A stretch of 44,328 bases of DNA from Tubiluchus corallicola (lineage: Eukaryota; Animalia; Priapulida). The stretch covers positions 1 through 44,328 of the forward strand of contig JAQGDQ010002429.1 of the NCBI GenBank assembly GCA_030141605.1, read 5' to 3'. Below are positions 38,071-44,328 of this stretch, piece by piece. Position 1 is the stretch's first letter, and every line of letters starts with the position of its first letter. Below the pieces are notes generated by a model that did not search any database, was not told the origin of the DNA, and saw only the letters and a list, made by a program, of their open reading frames with translations. Made by a program: the position numbers and the translations under genes.

Positions 38071-39147
38071 CTACAGAGACAGTTTCCAGCGACACGGCCC
38101 CGCAGGAGACGAAAAAACCTTGATTTCCTCCCCCGTAGAAACCGAGATAATATCCGGAGAATCCGCATGCTTTACAGGCTCAAGCATAATGGTTTCCGAC
38201 GTAAGAGGAAGACCATAAAAATCAGCGCCATACCGTGATGTAAAATCCTCCAACTTATCAAGAGCGTTTTCCTCCTCAAAAACCTGCGCGTAACACTCTA
38301 GCGCGACAGGCGCGCTAAAAATCCCCGCGCATCCGTAAAAAGCCTCTTTTTTCGATACAAGATGAGGTGCTGAATCCGTTCCCATAAAAAACCGAGGATT
38401 CCCTGAGGTCGCTGCTTTTCTCAGAGCCTCCTTATGACACCGCCGCTTTGCAATAGGCAAACAATACATGTGCGGGCAAATACCCCCTTTTTGAAAAATA
38501 TCACTCCTGTCAATCATCAAATGATGTGGTGTGATTGTTGCTCTCATGACAGAATCGGGCTGTGCGAGAATATAATCAACAGCCTCTTTTGTCGTTATAT
38601 GTTCCATAACAATCTTCAGTTCAGGAAACTGTTTTCTAATTTTATCTAAAATTCCCTCGATAAACACACTCTCGCGATCGAATATATCAATAGATTTTTC
38701 AGCGGCTTCTCCATGGATTAAAAGAGGAATAGCGTTCTTCTCCATAGCCGCAAATACAGACCATACCTTCTTTATATCACCAACACCCCTTTGAGAATTC
38801 GTTGTTGAGCTCGCGGGATAAAACTTCACAGCGTGAATAATCCGCTCATTATACAGATTGACAATTTCATTCGGATCCATTGCCTCCGTTAAATAGCAGG
38901 TCATCAAAGGAAAAAAAGAAGCCCCCTCCCCAACAGCGTCCAAAATATCACGACGATAAGAAAGAATAGCCTCCGCCGTTGTCAGAGGAGACGATAAGTT
39001 CGGCATAATAACAGCCCTGCTACAGTAACTCGCTGTCCATGGCGCAACAGCCTTAAGCAACGCGCCCTCTCGAAAATGCACATGAAAATCATCCGCTCTG
39101 CGGAGGATTATCGCCTGTCTTTGCTTGCCATATCCTGTCATTATCAA
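38071..39147 (-). CDS. pyrC: Dihydroorotase (class II)
   Basis: DDFHVHFR, IMPNL, EHITT, YCLPIAK, GTDSAPH. Confidence 0.95.
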   Translation of the reverse strand: MIMTGYGKQRQAIILRRADDFHVHFREGALLKAVAPWTASYCSRAVIMPNLSSPLTTAEAILSYRRDILDAVGEGASFFPLMTCYLTEAMDPNEIVNLYNERIIHAVKFYPASSTTNSQRGVGDIKKVWSVFAAMEKNAIPLLIHGEAAEKSIDIFDRESVFIEGILDKIRKQFPELKIVMEHITTKEAVDYILAQPDSVMRATITPHHLMIDRSDIFQKGGICPHMYCLPIAKRRCHKEALRKAATSGNPRFFMGTDSAPHLVSKKEAFYGCAGIFSAPVALECYAQVFEEENALDKLEDFTSRYGADFYGLPLTSETIMLEPVKHADSPDIISVSTGEEIKVFSSPAGPCRWKLSL

Positions 39148-39228
39148 TCCTCATATCATTCTATATATCAACACTAAGATCTCTTCAGCTTAGTAGCATA
39201 AATGATTTTGATAAAAGCTGCATCGTTT

Positions 39229-40704
39229 TTATAACGGAATAGTCTCAATAAAAAACTGATGATTCATAATATCCGGTGACACCTCCAGCATTAAACGAGA
39301 ACGCAACAAGGGAAAATCAGAATATACTACCCTCTGCTTTATTACCGCAATAACATCAGAAGACGCGCAAATACGAAAGGTAAAGCCGGGATTATTTTCT
39401 CCCTCTTTCCAACATCGCTCTAAAGCGCGCAGCGCATTGAAATGAACTGAAAACACATACCCGCTTCCCTGGCACGCAGCGCACGACGCCAAAAAAGAGG
39501 CGCCAAGAGAACGCCTTGCCTTAGAGGATCGAAAAATGACAAGCCCGCTACGCTCTATATGAACAATATGCAGCTGAAAATGATGGCGAAAACGATTATG
39601 AAGCGCCCGACAGAATCGCTCATAATATTGGCGCTTGTACAACGTAATAAAGTCAACAATAATCTGCCCGCCAAGCCCCCGTAAAAACAATTGCGGCACC
39701 AAGAGATCCATAGCTTCCAGATTTATTGCTAAAGAATGTGCGTCTTTCTCCTTTTGAAAAGAGGCGCGACCGCTGTTCACATCAACAGCGATACAAGCCG
39801 CCGTTTCTTCAATTACCATGGAACCCCCAGAAGGAAGAGAGTAAGACGGCGATAAAAGAGACTCCAGCTGCTCATTGATTTTATAGGACTCAAAAAGAGG
39901 AAGAGAGCGGCCTTTCCGAAGCTCTATCGCCACTGAGAACAGCTCTTGAGGGAAAAAAACACGCTTTATTTTTTTACATTTTTCCGCTTCCAGCGCGTCA
40001 TTTGTAACAATATTCAGTACGGTATCTAGCCCTAAAATATCTTGCCATAAAACTAAAGGATGCGCTGTGTCAAACAAAATATCCCCCTGTGGATTAAAAT
40101 CCCGACTTTGCGAATCCCATAGAGACTTCAATAAGATCGCTTCCTGACGTAGCTGTTCATCAGAAGCCATCGCAGCAACCGTTCTTATTAAATAACCCCC
40201 TTCCCGTAAAGAAAAATCACACGTTTCCAATAATTTTTGTAAGCGCTTTCGCGGCTCCTTAGATAACTTTCCAGAAAAACTTATTTTATTATGAAATGGC
40301 CTGTACACAAGAAAACGTCCCGGCAACGAAATAAACGTTGTTCCTCGCGCTGATTTCCGCTCCATAGCTTCACGTGTTATCTGTATATATATTTTTTTTC
40401 CTAAAGGAACATGGCTTTCTAGACATAAAAGCCCCTCTGGGTTTTTTAAATCCGCCGGCAATAAATCTATACACTTTTCCCGAGGAATAAAAACAAAGCG
40501 GTCCGCCGCCACATGAACAAAAATACCTTGAGAGTCAATAGAGGAAACACGCCCAGCTAAAATCTGCCCAACCTGCTCACCCTGCCTTGAATCTCTCATA
40601 TAAAACGCGAGAAGATTGCCATCTTGATCACAAAGCGCATAGCGTATATAGTTCGCAAAACAGGATATCAATATCGTTTTACGCGTTTGTATCTTACCTT
40701 GCAT
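39229..40704 (-). CDS. Ribonuclease E/G family protein (RNase G-like)
   Basis: S1-like region, AVDVNSG, GGQIIVDFI, Zn-link CAACQGSG. Confidence 0.85.
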   Translation of the reverse strand: MQGKIQTRKTILISCFANYIRYALCDQDGNLLAFYMRDSRQGEQVGQILAGRVSSIDSQGIFVHVAADRFVFIPREKCIDLLPADLKNPEGLLCLESHVPLGKKIYIQITREAMERKSARGTTFISLPGRFLVYRPFHNKISFSGKLSKEPRKRLQKLLETCDFSLREGGYLIRTVAAMASDEQLRQEAILLKSLWDSQSRDFNPQGDILFDTAHPLVLWQDILGLDTVLNIVTNDALEAEKCKKIKRVFFPQELFSVAIELRKGRSLPLFESYKINEQLESLLSPSYSLPSGGSMVIEETAACIAVDVNSGRASFQKEKDAHSLAINLEAMDLLVPQLFLRGLGGQIIVDFITLYKRQYYERFCRALHNRFRHHFQLHIVHIERSGLVIFRSSKARRSLGASFLASCAACQGSGYVFSVHFNALRALERCWKEGENNPGFTFRICASSDVIAVIKQRVVYSDFPLLRSRLMLEVSPDIMNHQFFIETIPL

Positions 40705-40759
40705 CCTTTAAAAATCCTCTCTGCTATTTTTATACAGAAAATTATTATACGGAAACATG

Positions 40760-41386
40760 TTAAAATAGAACAAGCCATATACAAACACCGTATAACATTA
40801 AAGCCGAAATACGATTAATCCATCGGGTAAAACTCTCCGACTCGAACCATTCAACGGCTTTCGCCGCTAAAAACCCATAGGTTGCTAAAATAAAAAACTC
40901 GATAACAATCGCCGTTATCGCCAGAACAATCATCTGAGGAATAACAGAATTGTTGTAATCAACAAACTGAGGGACCAACGCCATAAAATATAAAATCGCC
41001 TTAGGATTCGCGATCTGTACAGAAAAACCAACAAACCAAGCGCGTATATACCCCGTGCGTTTCGGTACACGAAGTTGATTTTGAGTCTCTTCCGGATTTG
41101 ACAATAAAGCGCTTGTGGCTAAAAACGCCAAATAGGCAGCGCCAATCCACTTGATGTAAAAAAACAATCTCTCCGACGTTACAAGCATAATACCCAGGCT
41201 TGTTGTCGATACCACAAAATAAATAATATTTGTCGTTAAAATACCCAGCGCCGTAACAATACTAACGAAAAAACGATAATAAAGCGCTCGTGAAACAACA
41301 GCGAAAACAGCCGGACCAGGCGAGCTGGAAATCACAAATTCCATGGCGCAAAAACCTAACCAAACTGAAAAACTAACACCCAGCAT
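40760..41386 (-). CDS. LysE/RhtB family amino acid exporter
   Basis: SPGPA, IKWIGAAYL, NPKAILYF...PQFVD; likely start ATG 41386. Confidence 0.92.
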   Translation of the reverse strand: MLGVSFSVWLGFCAMEFVISSSPGPAVFAVVSRALYYRFFVSIVTALGILTTNIIYFVVSTTSLGIMLVTSERLFFYIKWIGAAYLAFLATSALLSNPEETQNQLRVPKRTGYIRAWFVGFSVQIANPKAILYFMALVPQFVDYNNSVIPQMIVLAITAIVIEFFILATYGFLAAKAVEWFESESFTRWINRISALMLYGVCIWLVLF

Positions 41387-41754
41387 ATCGCCACCTTCAC
41401 TATAAATCTTACTTACGTACACTAAAAATCTCAATTAAGATTCATGCGATAAAAAATAATTCGCCCTTAAATCTAAAAAAAAGAAGGCGAGCCTTCCTCA
41501 TCGAATTAGCGAACTTCTATCCTTTTTATAAGGGCTCGGCACATTCATTAAAAAAGCCTGTCTCATAGATGATATAATGATTATCAAAGCTAATTTAAAT
41601 TTTCAAAACTATTTCAACCTATAGCCTGCCTTTTTTTGGGCATAAAAAAACCCCTAAAATACCTTTTCATATTCTTAAAAGCGCCATCTTAAATTTTTAC
41701 AATGAAAATTGTTCAGTAGCAAAACTCTCCTTTTTTATATATATAGCCCATTTT

Positions 41755-41789
41755 TGTCAGCTGTGGAAACACAGCTGACACTTTTTTTT
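41755..41789 (+). terminator. Orphan intrinsic terminator on the + strand (candidate sRNA 3' end)
   Basis: TGTCAGCTGTG-gaaa-CACAGCTGACA followed by C and T8; no + strand ORF upstream. Confidence 0.8.
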
Positions 41790-41891
41790 CCCTTTCTTTT
41801 ATCGAGCCGGCAAAAGGCTTATTAAACCCGCTCTAACCTTAAGCAATTTAGCTATAGTTTGCGCTAGGGTATCTATTCTTCACGCCTGCTC

Positions 41892-41924
41892 AAGAGCGGG
41901 CCAAATTCATAGCCCGCTCTTTTT
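41892..41924. terminator. Hairpin downstream of rplI
   Basis: AAGAGCGGGC-N10-GCCCGCTCTT followed by Ts on the + strand. Confidence 0.65.
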
Positions 41925-41951
41925 CACACTATCCCTAAAGAAAATAAAGTA

Positions 41952-42524
41952 TTAAACAGCCGCGTCAGGAGTCGCGTCTCCTTCCGTCTGAGCAGCAGGC
42001 TCAGGCTGCGCATAATATTGATTCTCTTCTTTGATATCGTCGGATGGAGGAGGTGGGTTTTTTTGCATCTCGGCCTCTGCGACGCTTTTCGCGACATTGA
42101 CAGTAACAGGAACAAAAACTTCCGGATGCAACGCAACGGAAAAAGTATGCAAACCAACAGCTTTAATCGGCTTGGCTAAATTTATCTGCTTCCGAGAAAC
42201 GGTAAATCCACTTTCAACAATGGCTTTCGCAACATCGTTCACGCTGACAGACCCATAAAGCTGCCCACTTTCCCCAGCCTGCCGGATAAGAACAACTTGG
42301 ATTCCTTCCATTTTCTTGGCAACAGCTTCAGCTTCCTGACGCTTTTCTAAATTTTCAGCTTCAAGCTGTACTTTTCTTTTCTCAAACGCTTTCTTATTTT
42401 CATCTGTCGCACGAAGGCACTTCCCCTGCGGTAATAACCAGTTACGTGCATATCCTGCCTTAACGTTAACCACATCACCCATCTGGCCAAGATTTTCAAT
42501 ACGTTCCAACAAAATAACTTCCAT
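41952..42524 (-). CDS. rplI: 50S ribosomal protein L9
   Basis: [39 protein letters not shown]; start ATG 42524 after GGAGG. Confidence 0.97.
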   Translation of the reverse strand: MEVILLERIENLGQMGDVVNVKAGYARNWLLPQGKCLRATDENKKAFEKRKVQLEAENLEKRQEAEAVAKKMEGIQVVLIRQAGESGQLYGSVSVNDVAKAIVESGFTVSRKQINLAKPIKAVGLHTFSVALHPEVFVPVTVNVAKSVAEAEMQKNPPPPSDDIKEENQYYAQPEPAAQTEGDATPDAAV

Positions 42525-42712
42525 TTCAGACCTCCAAATCCATCTCTCTTTACTTTCCGTGATTTCTCTAAATATACTCCTGCCGCAATCACACGAAGAA
42601 CACACTCTCATAAAATGAATTCAAAATACATGAAGCATAAATAAAAAACAATAAAATAATCTCTTGTGTTTGCCTCTTTTAAAACAAGCCTACAGGCGGT
42701 TTCTGCGCATAA

Positions 42713-43708
42713 TCACTCTATACTTGCGCTCTGTGGTTTTTTTCCGCTCCAAGATTGCATATGGGCAATTCCCCCTAAGGCAACTGTAAAAAATAAAGCG
42801 TATAGAAAAAATATAACTAAAAGCATGTAATATAAAAAAATAATCAAAGCCCGTTTATCATCCTCCAACGCGTCCGCAAAACGACAAACCCTCCCATACC
42901 CTATGCAGAATAAAGGAACAGCCGCAATAAAAATACCCCCTACAGCCAGCATATATAAAGATGGGTAAATATGACGAATAAACAAAGCCCCAACCGCCAA
43001 AGCTATAAAGAGTTTAAAAAACCACTGCGGCAATATCATTGTTCGAAAACCCAAGCTGTATATTTTTCTCTCCGCGAGGCTAAAGCCAAATTTCGCAAAC
43101 AATAAAAGCAGTAAAGCATTCATAAAAAGCATAAGACCAAACAAAAGGCTTGTAAAATACCAAACCACCGGCTTTCTTTCTGTCGACGACTCTCCCCCTA
43201 GCGTGCCAGAAGAAAGCGGTAAGTCATATGCTTCTTCCTGCTGATTTTCAAGAACAATATGATCAGAAAACATGTCATGAAAAACCTCTTCTGTAATAAA
43301 AGAGGCCAGCTCGTCAGTAATATTACCTTTTCCTAAAATAGAAACAAGCACCCAAAAAACCAGAAGAGTCACATTGATATAAGCAACCGCATAACCTACA
43401 CGCTCTTTAGAAAATCCTTGCTCCCGCAGCGTTTCCTGCTGCCCGTATAAAGTTTTAAAAAAAATCAAAACAGGAACAGATATACTCACCGCCACCAACG
43501 TAAAATAAAAACTTTGCTTAATTCCAAGCAATAAAGCGATACCGATAGCGATCACAAAGAAGAGGTCATTCAGCCCATAACGCCTCCCCCAATAAAACAA
43601 TAATATCGGTGAGAACCATGAAAGCTCAAGAGCTGATACCATTACAAAAAATAAAATCCCCCCCCCTATGTTTTTCAGCATATGAGAAGAGCCTGTATCG
43701 GTTTTCAC
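42713..43708 (-). CDS. Polytopic membrane protein, probably DUF2232/YybS-like
   Basis: Many hydrophobic segments; conserved position between rpsR and rplI. Confidence 0.6.
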   Translation of the reverse strand: MKTDTGSSHMLKNIGGGILFFVMVSALELSWFSPILLFYWGRRYGLNDLFFVIAIGIALLLGIKQSFYFTLVAVSISVPVLIFFKTLYGQQETLREQGFSKERVGYAVAYINVTLLVFWVLVSILGKGNITDELASFITEEVFHDMFSDHIVLENQQEEAYDLPLSSGTLGGESSTERKPVVWYFTSLLFGLMLFMNALLLLLFAKFGFSLAERKIYSLGFRTMILPQWFFKLFIALAVGALFIRHIYPSLYMLAVGGIFIAAVPLFCIGYGRVCRFADALEDDKRALIIFLYYMLLVIFFLYALFFTVALGGIAHMQSWSGKKPQSASIE

Positions 43709-43755
43709 ATCCTCCGCCTTATCTCTTTAAAAATACCACAAATTTACCCGGCGAT

Positions 43756-43983
43756 TTACTTGACAGCGTAAGGCAAAAGAGCAAGGTGACGCGCCCGCTT
43801 CACAGCCTTCGCCAATTCTCTTTGTTTACAGGCGGAAACAACCGTGATTCTACTTGGGATAATCTTTCCTCGCTCAGAGATATATTTCCGCAACAAATCT
43901 GTGTCCTTATAATCAATCTTAGGAGCATCAGGACCAGAAAAAGGACACATTTTCCGACGACGACCAAAACGACCTGCATTCAT
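43756..43983 (-). CDS. rpsR: 30S ribosomal protein S18
   Basis: [36 protein letters not shown]. Confidence 0.97.
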   Translation of the reverse strand: MNAGRFGRRRKMCPFSGPDAPKIDYKDTDLLRKYISERGKIIPSRITVVSACKQRELAKAVKRARHLALLPYAVK

Positions 43984-44328
43984 TAAACTTCTCCTTCTTC
44001 TGTATTCTCAGTCGCACCATTTTCAGGAAGCGGCTCTTCCTGCGGGCTCTTTGTATTCTCATCCAATTCTTCTTTCGGAGAAACGGCTTTCTCAGGCGCG
44101 TTCTCTTCCGTAGCCTCATACCCATATTGGTTATCATAAGGTCGTCTCGAAGGCTCGCTACTACGGCGCATAACTACTGAAGGACCTTCTTCCAGCTCTT
44201 CCACACGAACAGTAAGAAAACGTAAAACATCCTCGTTAATACGCATGATTCGCTCCAGCTCCTCAATAGCCGCCGCCGGTGCGTCAATATTCATCAGCAC
44301 ATAGTGCCCTTTCCGACTTTTATTAATA
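43983..44328 (-). CDS. rpsF: 30S ribosomal protein S6 (5'-truncated), with acidic tail
   Basis: [12 protein letters not shown]...[22 protein letters not shown]. Confidence 0.95.
   Translation of the reverse strand, partial: INKSRKGHYVLMNIDAPAAAIEELERIMRINEDVLRFLTVRVEELEEGPSVVMRRSSEPSRRPYDNQYGYEATEENAPEKAVSPKEELDENTKSPQEEPLPENGATENTEEGEV

Overview
Chromosomal segment of a moderately low-GC bacterium, probably an alphaproteobacterium (Rickettsia-type 17-kDa lipoprotein, K+-independent H+-PPase, rpsF-rpsR-DUF2232-rplI order). Housekeeping genes (hppA, polar amino acid ABC transporter, thrH, udg, usp, mutL, pgi, cydP-cydA-cydB-cydX-ybgE, pyrE, pyrC, RNase E/G family, LysE, ribosomal proteins) surround two accessory blocks. 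(1) A 12.2-kb minus-strand module (5717-17947) of podovirus-type (BPP-1/T7-like) virion genes only: terminase, portal, scaffold, capsid, adaptor, nozzle and tail fibre. It has no integrase, replication, lysis or large ejection genes. It has a near-consensus sigma70 promoter, two copies of a LexA-like operator, a terminase split at an A9 tract and one amber-interrupted small gene. This is the best candidate for an undescribed system: a domesticated podovirus-derived GTA-like particle, or else a decaying prophage. (2) A type II-C CRISPR-Cas9 locus in the non-canonical order cas1-tracrRNA-cas9-cas2-array, with 49 repeats and 48 spacers; each repeat carries an internal extended -10 element. Smaller observations: an unannotated, internally duplicated CydX, a PhoR-like kinase with the H-box His replaced by Gln, and a candidate anti-SD sRNA. 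All homology calls come from recognising motifs by eye; no searches were run.
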